The notes: generated by a model from the sequence alone, not told the origin. A DNA stretch of 64,000 bases from Alphaproteobacteria bacterium (GCA_013140995.1 JABFRX010000097.1:8194-72193); one strand, 5' to 3'. Numbered from the stretch's first letter, positions 28,650 through 38,193 are shown. Numbers and translations: made by a program.

Positions 28650-29615
28650 TTACTTCGGCGGCAGGGCTTTGCGAACCTTGCGGACCTTGCGAACCGGGCG
28701 GTCAACGACCGGTGCCATCGGCGTGTATTCACGCGCCGGGGGCGGGGCAAAGACGGCGACCACTTCGCCGTTCGGGCACGGCGTGCCTGCCATGATCATC
28801 GCCTGACGGACGTCTTCATCGACGCACATCAGCGAAGTCGCCGCGCGGTGGTAGCCCAAGGACACCAGCTGACGCGAGTTTTTGAGGCGGCGGCAGTTGT
28901 CGTCCTGCCAGGTCGTGCCGATCGAGAGACCGAACGAAACAGCCTGCGCACCTATCGAGCTCGACCCCATGCAGGTGTCTTCGCCGACGGCCAACGGCGC
29001 AGCGTACGCCGTGTTCACTGGAGCGCGTTCGTTGTACGTGTTGACCTCGAGGTTGGCGTTGTTCGAGTTCGAGTTGTCGTTGGCGTTGTAGCTCGACTGG
29101 TGCTGACCCTGAGCCTGGCCCTGAATCTGGCCTTGGGCCTGCTTGTTGGTGTTGTTGTTCTCATTCTTGTTGACGTTTTTGTTCGCGTTTAGGTTCGTGT
29201 TATAGTTCTTGTTGTTGATATCGATGTCGTTCTTGTTGATGTTCTTGTTATCGATGTCGATGTCGTTCTTGTTGTAGGCGTGCGCATCGCCGCCTTTGGC
29301 GATGTTGGCATTGTGGTTTATTGCCGTTGCGTCAGCGTCACCACCGCGGCCACCTTGACCGCCTTCGCCACCTTTACCGCCCTGGCCGCCATAACCATGG
29401 CCGCCGTAGCCGTTGCCGCCTTCGCCGTAGCCGATGCCGACGCCGATGGCCGTGTTCTTGTTGTCGATATCGATGTCACCGCCCTTCGGGGGCGGCGGAG
29501 GCGTGGGATTACAATTCTTCGTGCAGTGATTGCCGGTCGCGAAGGCCGGCGTTGTGAGGGCCGTGGAGCCGAGAAGCATTGCGACAGCCACGAAACCCAG
29601 TTTAACAGAACGCAT
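28650..29615 (-). CDS. Secreted Gly-rich / Asn-Lys-Asp-rich low-complexity protein with a Cys-containing C-terminal domain (hypothetical)
   Basis: Signal peptide MRSVKLGFVAVAMLLGSTALTTPAFA. Poly-Pro, a GYGGxGG block, three DIDIDNKN motifs, an N/K/Q-rich tract and a QGQ repeat. Then an ordinary-composition domain with 4 Cys and a basic tail RKVRKVRK. Confidence 0.7.
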   Translation of the reverse strand: MRSVKLGFVAVAMLLGSTALTTPAFATGNHCTKNCNPTPPPPPKGGDIDIDNKNTAIGVGIGYGEGGNGYGGHGYGGQGGKGGEGGQGGRGGDADATAINHNANIAKGGDAHAYNKNDIDIDNKNINKNDIDINNKNYNTNLNANKNVNKNENNNTNKQAQGQIQGQAQGQHQSSYNANDNSNSNNANLEVNTYNERAPVNTAYAAPLAVGEDTCMGSSSIGAQAVSFGLSIGTTWQDDNCRRLKNSRQLVSLGYHRAATSLMCVDEDVRQAMIMAGTPCPNGEVVAVFAPPPAREYTPMAPVVDRPVRKVRKVRKALPPK

Positions 29616-29907
29616 AGGTTAATCTCCCGTTACTTGAGCGCGAACCCTCAAGTGCACGGGGCGGGCCAATTCTCTTTGTGTCACCGAGATACAGCCGACT
29701 CCTTTGAAGATTGCGGCAATCCGCCGGAAACCATGCTGCGGGCGGCGTTAAGGCTAGCGCGAATTTACGCCGTACCAATCGGACACAGCTGCCGCCGGTC
29801 CTGAAGAATGTGTTAAAACGGGTGCGGCAGGGGTCTCGTGGGGAGAGCCCTCGATGATGGGGCCGCGCCTGGGCAAGTAAACTCAGCGGCGGCGATGTGG
29901 GTGTGTC

Positions 29908-30477
29908 GTGCGGTTTTTTACTTTTGTCTGTTGCTTGGTGATGGCGTTTGCGGTTGCAGCCGGCGATGCAAATGCGCGTTCATGTGGACGCGCTAGCGAC
30001 CGTGACAATCCGATGGTTTGGAGCGAAGGCTACGGCGCTTCGCAATGCCGGGTTCACAGGCCGCGCTATGATAGCCGCGACGTTGCGCGCGAGCGGGCGC
30101 GCGGGTACGCCGCCGCGGCCGACCCGATGGTTTGGCCCAATACGCAATGGCGTAGCACGCTGATGGGCGGCTATTCGCGCAACACCGACAGCCGCTATGA
30201 TCGGCGCTTCCGCCGCGAACACGCTGCACGGCCGCAGGTTCGAATCGAACGGCAAATCGAAGTCACGATCCGCCAGGGCGACGCAGTGGCAGCGGACGAG
30301 GCGAGGGCCCGCGGGCCGAAGCTGCTCAGTGGGCGCACACGCGGGGAGTTCAAGACGACCTCCGGCGTGCTTCGGTTCGGCGGGCACGACTGCCGTGGTG
30401 TGCTGGTGCTGACGTGGGGCTCGCTCGGCGGCAAGTCACGCTGTCACGAAAACAATAGCCGTATCAAGACACCGTAG
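29908..30477 (+). CDS. Hypothetical secreted Arg-rich protein
   Basis: GTG start; signal-like MRFFTFVCCLVMAFAVAAGDANA; duplicated [ND]PMVW motif. Divergent from the low-complexity gene. No family recognised. Confidence 0.4.
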   Translation: MRFFTFVCCLVMAFAVAAGDANARSCGRASDRDNPMVWSEGYGASQCRVHRPRYDSRDVARERARGYAAAADPMVWPNTQWRSTLMGGYSRNTDSRYDRRFRREHAARPQVRIERQIEVTIRQGDAVAADEARARGPKLLSGRTRGEFKTTSGVLRFGGHDCRGVLVLTWGSLGGKSRCHENNSRIKTP

Positions 30478-30497
30478 CTAACCGATCGCGCCCGGCT

Positions 30498-31529
30498 TCA
30501 ACCGCCGCGCACAAGGTCGACCAGCGTTTGCACGTGCTCCGGATCGGTCTGCGGGATAATGCCGTGACCTAAATTGAAAACAAAGGGCGACCCTTTGGCT
30601 GCGGTCAAGATTTCCCTGACGCCCGCAGCCAACGCCTCGCCACCCGCTACAAGAGCAAGGGGATCAAGATTTCCTTGCAACGCGATAGGCCGCTTCAGCT
30701 GGGCGCGCATCCAGCCGATCGGCTGCGAGGGATCAAGGCTCATCGCATCGATGCCAGTCTCGGCGGCGTAGCGCACCGCCAAGACGCCGGAGCCGCGCGG
30801 AAAGCCGATGATCGGAATGTGAGGATGGCGCGCCTTCACTGCGGCCACGATGCGAGCGGCAGGACGAATGCATAACCGCTCGAACATCGGCTCGGGTAGG
30901 CCACTGGCCCAGCTCTCAAAGATCTGCAGCGCATCGGCACCCGCCTCAATTTGATTTTCGAGATAAAGGATGGTCGCGTCCGTCAGCACGTCAATCAGCT
31001 GTGCGAAACCGGCGGGGTCGCGATAGGCCCAAAGTTTGGCAGCGGCCTGATCAGATGAGCCGCCGCCTTCAACGATGTAGGTCGCAACCGTCCACGGCGC
31101 GCCTGCAAAACCGATGAGCGCAACCTGGGGCGGGAGTTTTGCCCGCACCAGCGATAGCGTCTCGTAGATAGGGGTCAACTTCGCCGCCGCACTCGAAGCA
31201 TCGGTGAGGCGCGCAAGTCCGGCGGCGTCGCGAATGGGATCGAGTTTCGGTCCCTCGCCTTCCGCAAAGCGCAGTGAGACACCCAGCGCATGAGGAATGA
31301 GTAGTATGTCGGCAAACACAATCGCGGCATCGAGCGCGTAGCGCCGGATCGGCTGCAGCGTCACCTCCGCGGCAAGCTCGGGCGTGTAGCACATTGTCAG
31401 GAAGTCGCCCGCGTTTGCCCGGACGGCGCGGTACTCGGGCAAGTAGCGTCCCGCCTGACGCATTAGCCACGTGGGGGGCGTCCATACGGCTTCGCCACGA
31501 AGGGCACGCAGAAATGAAGAGTGTCTCAT
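30498..31529 (-). CDS. hemE: Uroporphyrinogen decarboxylase
   Basis: PPTWLMRQAGRYLPEYRAVR N-terminal signature; 343 aa; full-length HemE-like. Confidence 0.95.
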   Translation of the reverse strand: MRHSSFLRALRGEAVWTPPTWLMRQAGRYLPEYRAVRANAGDFLTMCYTPELAAEVTLQPIRRYALDAAIVFADILLIPHALGVSLRFAEGEGPKLDPIRDAAGLARLTDASSAAAKLTPIYETLSLVRAKLPPQVALIGFAGAPWTVATYIVEGGGSSDQAAAKLWAYRDPAGFAQLIDVLTDATILYLENQIEAGADALQIFESWASGLPEPMFERLCIRPAARIVAAVKARHPHIPIIGFPRGSGVLAVRYAAETGIDAMSLDPSQPIGWMRAQLKRPIALQGNLDPLALVAGGEALAAGVREILTAAKGSPFVFNLGHGIIPQTDPEHVQTLVDLVRGG

Positions 31530-31624
31530 GCGGCGGTTCGCCTGATCCTGGGAATGTTGCTTTGCATCTGCGGGCCGCCAATATTACCGCATCGGGACGG
31601 GCATAAACCACGGAAACAAACCCA

Positions 31625-32077
31625 ATGCGAATGCGAGTGCTTATCATAACGGCTGTGGCTGGACTTGCCGGCTTGGCCTCTGCCGCACCGACAGCGGTCC
31701 CGCCTTCGACCGTCGTCGTTAAGGACGCGAAAGGCGTCTCCTACACCGGTGATGCAACGGCCGGCGAAAAGACGTTCAAACAATGCGCGATATGCCATAG
31801 CTCCAAGCTCGGCGAGAACAAGATCGGCCCTTCTCTCTTCGGCATCGTGGGCCGGGTCGCGGGGACAGCGAGCGCCTACAACTACTCGGCCGCCAACAAG
31901 AAATCCGGCATCACCTGGACCGAGCAGGCCCTATTTGACTATCTCGAGAATCCGCGTGCCAAAATGCCGGGTACGAAGATGGCCTATGTCGGGTTGCGGA
32001 AGGCGCAGGATCGGGCGAACCTTATCGCCTATTTGAAGACGCTCAGACCCCCGCCGGCCGCGGCCAAACCCAAGTAG
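31625..32077 (+). CDS. Class I c-type cytochrome (cytochrome c2 / c550-like)
   Basis: Signal peptide, heme motif CAICHS, and a distal Met region PGTKMAYVGL...LIAYL. Confidence 0.8.
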   Translation: MRMRVLIITAVAGLAGLASAAPTAVPPSTVVVKDAKGVSYTGDATAGEKTFKQCAICHSSKLGENKIGPSLFGIVGRVAGTASAYNYSAANKKSGITWTEQALFDYLENPRAKMPGTKMAYVGLRKAQDRANLIAYLKTLRPPPAAAKPK

Positions 32078-32136
32078 CGCCCCAATGCCGCAGGACGGGA
32101 TTTGACGAACCGAATAGAACGGCCAAAGAGGGTTAG

Positions 32137-33357
32137 ATGGACTACGAAAACTTCTTTAAAGCGCAGCTCGACGGCCTGAAAGAAGAGGGCCGCTACCGCG
32201 TGTTTGCGGAGCTTGAGCGCCGAGCCGGGTCCTTCCCGGCGGCCACGCGTTTTGCCGGCGATCAGACAGGTGACGTGACGGTCTGGTGCTCGAACGACTA
32301 TCTCGGCATGGGCCAAAGCCCGGTTGTTCTGCAAGCGATGCACGAAACACTCGACCGCTGCGGGGCGGGCGCCGGCGGCACGCGCAACATCTCCGGCACG
32401 ACGCACGCCCACGTGCTGCTTGAGCGCGAACTCGCCGACCTGCACGGTAAAGAAGCTGCTTTGCTGTTCACCTCGGGTTACGTCTCGAATTGGGCGAGCC
32501 TTTCGACGCTGGCGGCGAGGCTGCCGAACTGCGTCGTGGTTTCGGACGCCGGCAACCACGCTTCGATGATTGAAGGCATTCGTCACAGCCGCGCCGAATG
32601 CGTCGTCTTCAAACACAACGACCCCGAGGACCTCGAGCGCAAGCTGGCCGCCATCGCACCCGACCGCCCGAAGCTGGTCGCGTTCGAATCCGTTTATTCG
32701 ATGGACGGCGACATCTCGCCGATCAAGGCAATTTGCGATGTCGCCGACAAATACGGCGCGATGACCTATCTCGACGAAGTGCACGCTGTCGGCCTCTATG
32801 GCCCGCGCGGCGGCGGGATCGCCGAGCGCGAAGGATTGATGCATCGATTGACCGTGATCGAAGGCACGCTCGGCAAGGCGTTCGGCGTCGTCGGTGGCTA
32901 CATTGCGGCGTCCGGGGCACTTTGCGATTTCATTCGCAGCTTCTCGTCAGGCTTCATCTTCACGACGGCTCTCCCGCCCGCGATTGCGGCCGGCGCTTGC
33001 GCCAGCGTGAAGCACCTGAAGTCGAGCCAGGTCGAACGCAAACGCCACCAAGAACGTGTCGCGAAGGTGCGCCACCGCCTACGAGCGATGGGCATCCCGA
33101 TGCTCGACAATCCCAGCCACATCATTCCGGTGATGGTCGGCAACGCGAAGAAGTGCAAGTTCATCAGCGACTGGTTGCTCGACAACCACGGCATCTACGT
33201 GCAGCCGATCAACTATCCGACCGTGCCGAAGGGGACGGAGCGCCTGCGCTTCACGCCTTCGCCGCTGCATTCAGATGCCGACATCGACAAGCTCGCCACG
33301 GCATTGTCCGAGATTTGGTCACAATGCGCGTTGGCTCGGGTTTCGCACGCCGCATAG
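32137..33357 (+). CDS. hemA: 5-aminolevulinate synthase
   Basis: [34 protein letters not shown], and a PLP-Lys region [14 protein letters not shown]...TLGKAFG. 406 aa. Confidence 0.95.
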   Translation: MDYENFFKAQLDGLKEEGRYRVFAELERRAGSFPAATRFAGDQTGDVTVWCSNDYLGMGQSPVVLQAMHETLDRCGAGAGGTRNISGTTHAHVLLERELADLHGKEAALLFTSGYVSNWASLSTLAARLPNCVVVSDAGNHASMIEGIRHSRAECVVFKHNDPEDLERKLAAIAPDRPKLVAFESVYSMDGDISPIKAICDVADKYGAMTYLDEVHAVGLYGPRGGGIAEREGLMHRLTVIEGTLGKAFGVVGGYIAASGALCDFIRSFSSGFIFTTALPPAIAAGACASVKHLKSSQVERKRHQERVAKVRHRLRAMGIPMLDNPSHIIPVMVGNAKKCKFISDWLLDNHGIYVQPINYPTVPKGTERLRFTPSPLHSDADIDKLATALSEIWSQCALARVSHAA

Positions 33358-33490
33358 GTCGCGGTTTCGCGCGACTGGCGCGAAAGCAATCCAGCTACCA
33401 CGACACGAACGACGGCTTGGCGCCGTCGTCAATGCGAGATTTGGTGCGCAAACAGGCCCGTTTGTGCGAGACATCGTTGGCGTCAGGAGG

Positions 33491-34663
33491 ATGCCCGTGA
33501 TGCTGCTGTCCCAGGTCTTTGTTCTAGCCGGATTGCTTGTTCTGTCCGCCGACGCCCCGCCCCTAGCCGCTGCGCCGGCCGTGCCCAGCGCCGCCGCGAT
33601 CGATGCGGAAGTTGAGCGCGCCATGGCCGCTACCGGCGCCAAGGGGCTGGCGGTGGCCGTGGTCGAGAACGGGCGGGTCGTGCATGTGAAGAGCTACGGC
33701 GTGCGCAACGCTGCGGGAGATCCGCTGCAGGCCAACACCATCATGTACGGCGCGTCGCTCACCAAGGCGGTGTTCGCCACTACGGTCATGCAGCTGGTGG
33801 ATGAGGGTGTTCTTAAGCTCGACGTACCGATCGAACGCTATCTGCCCAAACCCCTGCCCGCTTACGCCGAGCCGGAGGTTGAGGACCGCTATGCGCGTTG
33901 GAGCGACCTCGCCGGCGACGAGCGCTGGCGCAAGCTGACGCCGCGGATTCTGCTCACGCACAGTCCGGGCTTTGCCAATTTCGGTTTCTTGGAGCCGGAC
34001 GGAAAGCTGCGCTTTCACTTCGAGCCGGGCGCTCGCTACGCCTATTCGGGCGACGGCTTCATCCTGCTTCAATTCGTGCTGGAGCGCGGCCTTGGCCTGG
34101 ACCTCGGCCGCGAGATGCAGGCCCGCGTGTTCGACCGTTTCGGCATGCGCAACACGAGCATGATCTGGCGTGACGAATTCCGCGCGAACCTCGCCGACGG
34201 TTGGGACATGAAGGGCAAGATCGAGCCGCATGACGAGCGCAGCAGGGTGCGCGCCGCGGGTTCCATGGACACCACCATCGAAGACTTCGCGCGGTTCGCG
34301 GCCGCCTTCGCGCGAGGCGAAGGTTTGTCGGCGGCGGCGCGGGCCGAGATCGTCCGCCCGCAGCTTCCGATCACCACGCGCACGCAGTTCCCGACTTTGC
34401 AGCCCGAGCTACCCGTGGCCGAGCGGCGCGCGGACCTCGCCGCGGGCCTTGGCGTCATCACGTTCACCGGCCCGCAAGGGCGCGCATTCGAAAAAGGCGG
34501 GCACAACGACACCACCGGTAACAGCTGGATTTGCATCGAAGCGCGCCGGAGCTGCGTGGTGCTGTTGTCCAACGACGTGCGCGCGGAAGCGGCGTTCCCA
34601 GGACTGGTACGGTTCATCCTGGGCGAGACAGGCGTGCCGTATGAGTGGACGAAGAGTCTCTAA
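33491..34663 (+). CDS. Serine hydrolase, beta-lactamase/transpeptidase-like family
   Basis: Signal peptide, SxxK motif YGASLTKAV, and YAYSGDG. The start is ATG 33491 or ATG 33500 (AGGAGG at 33485-90 favours 33500). The track start at 33275 overlaps hemA. Confidence 0.75.
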   Translation: MPVMLLSQVFVLAGLLVLSADAPPLAAAPAVPSAAAIDAEVERAMAATGAKGLAVAVVENGRVVHVKSYGVRNAAGDPLQANTIMYGASLTKAVFATTVMQLVDEGVLKLDVPIERYLPKPLPAYAEPEVEDRYARWSDLAGDERWRKLTPRILLTHSPGFANFGFLEPDGKLRFHFEPGARYAYSGDGFILLQFVLERGLGLDLGREMQARVFDRFGMRNTSMIWRDEFRANLADGWDMKGKIEPHDERSRVRAAGSMDTTIEDFARFAAAFARGEGLSAAARAEIVRPQLPITTRTQFPTLQPELPVAERRADLAAGLGVITFTGPQGRAFEKGGHNDTTGNSWICIEARRSCVVLLSNDVRAEAAFPGLVRFILGETGVPYEWTKSL

Positions 34664-34707
34664 GCGCAATTGGCCTGCCGAGCCGTAGCTGCGCAAGCAG
34701 CGTAGGC

Positions 34708-34794
34708 TGGTGCCCCTGGCCGGAATCGAACCAGCACGTTGTCACCAACAACAGATTTTGAGTCTGCCGCGTCTACCAGTTCCGCCACAGGGGC
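34708..34794 (-). tRNA. tRNA-Leu (anticodon CAA), class II with a long variable arm
   Basis: Reverse complement: GCCCCTG-TG-GCGGAACTGGTAGACGC-...-GCAGA-CTCAAAA-TCTGT-variable arm-GCTGG-TTCGATT-CCGGC-CAGGGGC-A-CCA. Confidence 0.9.
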
Positions 34795-34967
34795 ACTTTG
34801 CGGCCGGTGCATGTTGCGGTCTGGTAGTGTCCGCCCCGTTCGCCAAGGGGGCGCATATTAGGGTTGGCAGGCTCCGCGTCAACCGCGGGTTTGCCCACGG
34901 AATCTTGTGCGCTTTGCCGCATTTGTGCGGGGTGTACGGGAGGCCGGGCCGCGCTAGGTTTGCACCC

Positions 34968-35501
34968 ATGAACATCGCCACGCTTTCCACGCAGTTGCAG
35001 CGCGGGGCCGCCCATCCGCTGATCCCAGGATTGGCGATCGCGGGGCTCGCTTTCGCGGTGCTCGCGGGGGCTTATGCGTTCGAGTATTTGGGTGCGCTGA
35101 AGCCCTGCCCGCTTTGTCTTGAGCAGCGGGGCCCGTGGTTCGTGCTGATCGCAATCGGCGGAGCGATCTATAGCGCCGGTATGGCGAAGGCGCCGCGCAA
35201 CATCGTGATGGCGCTTTATGCGGGGGCGATCGTGATCGCGCTGTGGAGCGCTTACCTGGGCGGCTTTCACGCCGGCGTCGAATACAAGTGGTGGCCGGGG
35301 CCTCAGTCGTGCACCGGCGGCGGCCTCCCACTGGACGGCGGGCTGATCGGGCCTATCTCGCAGTCGGATATTGTGTGGTGCGATCAAGTCCCTTGGGCGA
35401 TGTTTGGCATTTCGCTCGCCGGATTCAATTTCTTGTTGTCACTCATTGCGGGTGCGCTTGGCGGACTTGGGTTTCGCACAGCGCTGACGGAGAAGCGATG
35501 A
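34968..35501 (+). CDS. dsbB: Disulfide bond formation protein B (DsbB family)
   Basis: Four TM segments; first Cys pair in KPCPLCLEQRGPW; second pair SCTGG...VWCDQV. The track N-terminal extension overlaps tRNA-Leu. Confidence 0.7.
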   Translation: MNIATLSTQLQRGAAHPLIPGLAIAGLAFAVLAGAYAFEYLGALKPCPLCLEQRGPWFVLIAIGGAIYSAGMAKAPRNIVMALYAGAIVIALWSAYLGGFHAGVEYKWWPGPQSCTGGGLPLDGGLIGPISQSDIVWCDQVPWAMFGISLAGFNFLLSLIAGALGGLGFRTALTEKR

Positions 35502-36061
35502 TCACGATCAAAGCTTCGCCGCGGTTGCCCGGGTTCAACGCGACGGACAAAGACCTCGAGCGGATGATCCGCGTGGATCATGCGGGCGAGCACGGCGCGG
35601 TGCAGATCTATCGCGGGCAGATGGCCGTGCTCGGCCACACGGCCACGGGCGATACGATCAAGCACATGTACGATCAGGAGCAGGCGCATCTTCAGCGGTT
35701 CGATCAACTGATCGCTGAGCACGGGGTCCGGCCCACGGTCTTGGCGCCGGTGTGGAGTGTGGCCGGCTATGCGCTTGGGGCGGTGACGGCGTTAATGGGC
35801 GAGAAGGCTGCGATGGCGTGCACGGCCGCGGTCGAGGAAGTGATCGACGAGCACTACGCGCGGCAGGCGGCGTCGCTTGAAAAAGACGGTGCGGCAAACG
35901 CCGAACTGAAAGAGACGATCGAGCAGTTTCGTGCCGACGAGATTCAGCATCGCGAGACGGCGATCGAGCACGGTGCGGAGCAAGCGCCCGGTTATCGCAT
36001 CTTGAGCGAGACCATCAAGGCTGGATGCCGGGTTGCTATCAAGCTTTCGGAACGGATTTAG
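35498..36061 (+). CDS. coq7: Demethoxyubiquinone hydroxylase family protein (Coq7-type di-iron)
   Basis: RVDHAGEHGAVQIYRGQ plus EExxH-type repeats (MYDQEQAHL, VEEVIDEHY, RADEIQHRE). ATGA overlap with the dsbB stop. Confidence 0.85.
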   Translation: MITIKASPRLPGFNATDKDLERMIRVDHAGEHGAVQIYRGQMAVLGHTATGDTIKHMYDQEQAHLQRFDQLIAEHGVRPTVLAPVWSVAGYALGAVTALMGEKAAMACTAAVEEVIDEHYARQAASLEKDGAANAELKETIEQFRADEIQHRETAIEHGAEQAPGYRILSETIKAGCRVAIKLSERI

Positions 36062-36714
36062 TGGCGGCGCCGGCTGACGCTGCGTTCGAGCGGCGGCGGC
36101 TGGCCGCCAATCCGAAGCGCGCGACGGAGACGGACCGCGATCGCGTGATCGATTGCTTGAGCGCGGCATTTGCCGACGATCCGGTGATGTGTTGGATCGG
36201 GCGGCGCGATGCGAAGCGCGACGCCGGGCGGCGGGCGATGTTCACGTTTCTCGTGGGCACGCTCGGCATTCCTGGCAACGAGCTTTGGACGGCTGGCGAC
36301 TATTCCGCGGCGGCGCTTTGGATTCCGCCCGAACGCGCGGACATGAAGCAGCCGTGGTGGCGCGAGCTAGCTATGCTTCCCACCATCGTGACGTTCACGA
36401 GCTTTAGCGGGCTTTCGCGCGTGGATGCGTTTCGTAAGGTAACCGATGCGCATCACCCAAAGGACAAGCCGCATTTCTATCTGATGACGATCGGCGTCGA
36501 TCCGAAGTTTCAGGGGCAGGGGTTGGGTTCGGCGCTGCTTGAGGCGACGCTCGCCAAGATCGATGCGCGCGGGTTGCCGAGCTATCTCGAATCGTCGAGC
36601 CCGAAGAACGTACCGCTGTACCGGCGGCATGGGTTCGAGGTGACAAAAGAGTTTCGACCAGCGCCGGACGGGCCGCCGCTCTGGGGCATGTGGCGCGCGG
36701 CGAAGGCGCGCTGA
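36061..36714 (+). CDS. GNAT family N-acetyltransferase
   Basis: YLMTIGVDPKFQGQGLGSALLE acetyl-CoA-binding motif. GTG 36061 overlaps the coq7 TAG (TAGTG). The start is uncertain (the track gives 36025). Confidence 0.7.
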   Translation: MAAPADAAFERRRLAANPKRATETDRDRVIDCLSAAFADDPVMCWIGRRDAKRDAGRRAMFTFLVGTLGIPGNELWTAGDYSAAALWIPPERADMKQPWWRELAMLPTIVTFTSFSGLSRVDAFRKVTDAHHPKDKPHFYLMTIGVDPKFQGQGLGSALLEATLAKIDARGLPSYLESSSPKNVPLYRRHGFEVTKEFRPAPDGPPLWGMWRAAKAR

Positions 36715-36717
36715 AGC

Positions 36718-37290
36718 CTACGGTTCCAGTTCGCTGTCCCAGTAGAGGTAGTCCTGCCACGACTCGTGCAGGTAGTTCGGTGGGAACAGGCGGCCGTTTG
36801 TGTGGAGCTGCGTCACCGTCGGGCGATGCGGCTTGTGGTGCGGATGCATGCCGCACTGATGGGGCAGCTTGCCGCCCTTGAATAGGTTGCACGGCGCGCA
36901 CGCGGTCACGACGTTTTCCCACGTCGTGCGGCCGCCGCGCGAGCGGGGGACGACGTGGTCGAACGTTAGATCATTCGCGACATGATTGACGCCGCAATAC
37001 TGGCACGCGAAGCGGTCGCGCAGGAACACGTTGAAGCGCGTGAACGCCGGGTGGCGCGCGGGCTTCACATAAGTCTTCAGCGAAACGACCGACGGCAGGC
37101 GCATCTGAAGCGTCGGCGAGTGCACAACGCGGTCGTACTCTTCGACGATGTGCACGCGATCGAGGAACACGGCCTTGATCGTGTCCTGCCACGACCAGAG
37201 CGACAGCGGAAAATAGGAAAGCGGCCGGTAGTCCGCGTTCAACACCAACGCGGGAAAAGCCTCCGGTGCGCGCTCCGAGGCGGCTAGCAC
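36718..37290 (-). CDS. HNH endonuclease (stand-alone, about 190 aa)
   Basis: CQYCG...LTFDHVVPRSRGGRTTWENVVTACAPCNLFKG HNH/Cys4 motif. GTG 37290 is preceded by AAGGAGGAGGA. The rest of the 511-aa track ORF is rejected. Confidence 0.8.
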   Translation of the reverse strand: MLAASERAPEAFPALVLNADYRPLSYFPLSLWSWQDTIKAVFLDRVHIVEEYDRVVHSPTLQMRLPSVVSLKTYVKPARHPAFTRFNVFLRDRFACQYCGVNHVANDLTFDHVVPRSRGGRTTWENVVTACAPCNLFKGGKLPHQCGMHPHHKPHRPTVTQLHTNGRLFPPNYLHESWQDYLYWDSELEP

Positions 37291-37433
37291 GATACTGTCC
37301 TCCTCCTTGCGCGGTGCCTGAAGACTTGGGTCCTTTCCGCTAGATTCGGCGTACGTAAGTGTGCGCCAGAGTTGCGTCAGCCTAATGTAAGCGCGGACCA
37401 CGGTGCAACAAGAGGCGCGAAATCCGCAGAAAT

Positions 37434-38147
37434 TCAGCTTGTGGCGGCAAGCTCCGGCCATGCGCACGGCGCATTTTCGGGCTTGGTTGCAAGCTTTCCG
37501 GCGAAGGCGTCGCTCAAGAATTGACCCGCCAGGTCGAGCGAGTCGGGGCCGATGCCGTGGCCGATGCCGCGCGACACGTGCCAGCGCGCGGTGACGCCGG
37601 CTTTGCCCAAGCCGTTCGCCGCGAGAAACATGGCTTGGACGGGGATCATCTCGTCGGCGTCGCCGTGCGTCAGCAGTACTGGCGGGCGGCCCACGATTTC
37701 GGCCAGGAGTTTTTCGGGACCAGGCAGCGTGCCTGAGAAGCCCACGATGGCTGCGGGCGGCGTCGCACGGCGCAAGCCGACGTGCAGCGACATCATCGTG
37801 CCTTGGCTGAAGCCGACGAGGGCGAGGCGCGAGGCGTCGAGGTTGAGGCGCGCGAGTTCGCTGTCGATGAACGCATTGAGGATAGGGGCGGCGCGTTCGA
37901 CGCCGCGCAGCATTTCTTCGGGCTGCATGCGGGTGATCGGGAACCACTGATAGCCCATCGGCGACATGGTGCAGCGTTCTGGCGCATGCGGGCATGAGAA
38001 CGCCGCGGTCGGGAGTGCGCGCTGCCAGTGTTGGCCGAGACTTACCAGATCGTTCCCGTCGGCGCCGTAGCCGTGACAGAAGACGATCAGGCGGTCGGCC
38101 TTGCCGTTCGCGGCCGGAATGCGAGGGCCGGTGAGTTGTTGTGTCAT
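37434..38147 (-). CDS. Phospholipase/carboxylesterase family alpha/beta hydrolase
   Basis: LIVFCHGYGADGNDL, nucleophile elbow GFSQGTMM, LLTHGDADEMIP, and GHGI. Confidence 0.8.
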   Translation of the reverse strand: MTQQLTGPRIPAANGKADRLIVFCHGYGADGNDLVSLGQHWQRALPTAAFSCPHAPERCTMSPMGYQWFPITRMQPEEMLRGVERAAPILNAFIDSELARLNLDASRLALVGFSQGTMMSLHVGLRRATPPAAIVGFSGTLPGPEKLLAEIVGRPPVLLTHGDADEMIPVQAMFLAANGLGKAGVTARWHVSRGIGHGIGPDSLDLAGQFLSDAFAGKLATKPENAPCAWPELAATS

Positions 38148-38193
38148 CGACGTACTCTATGCGGGGTCGATGCGGTTGAGCTAGAGGTGGCGG

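Noticed and set aside
29100-29480. Repeated AT-rich words (CTTGTTGTCGATATCGATGTC and similar) considered as a CRISPR-like array or non-coding tandem repeat
   Set aside because: Spacing is irregular, with only three loose copies. They lie in-frame inside a signal-peptide ORF and encode the DIDIDNKN motif.
34710-34967. N-terminal extension of the DsbB ORF. Analogous extensions occur at 33275-33490 (serine hydrolase), 19589-19741 (TPR-sulfotransferase), 45241-45549 (DUF1684), 60895-61404 (LolA-like) and 6300-6629 (methyltransferase)
   Set aside because: The extensions overlap a tRNA gene or the preceding CDS and have no protein-like composition. Internal ATG starts give proper signal peptides or family-typical N-termini.
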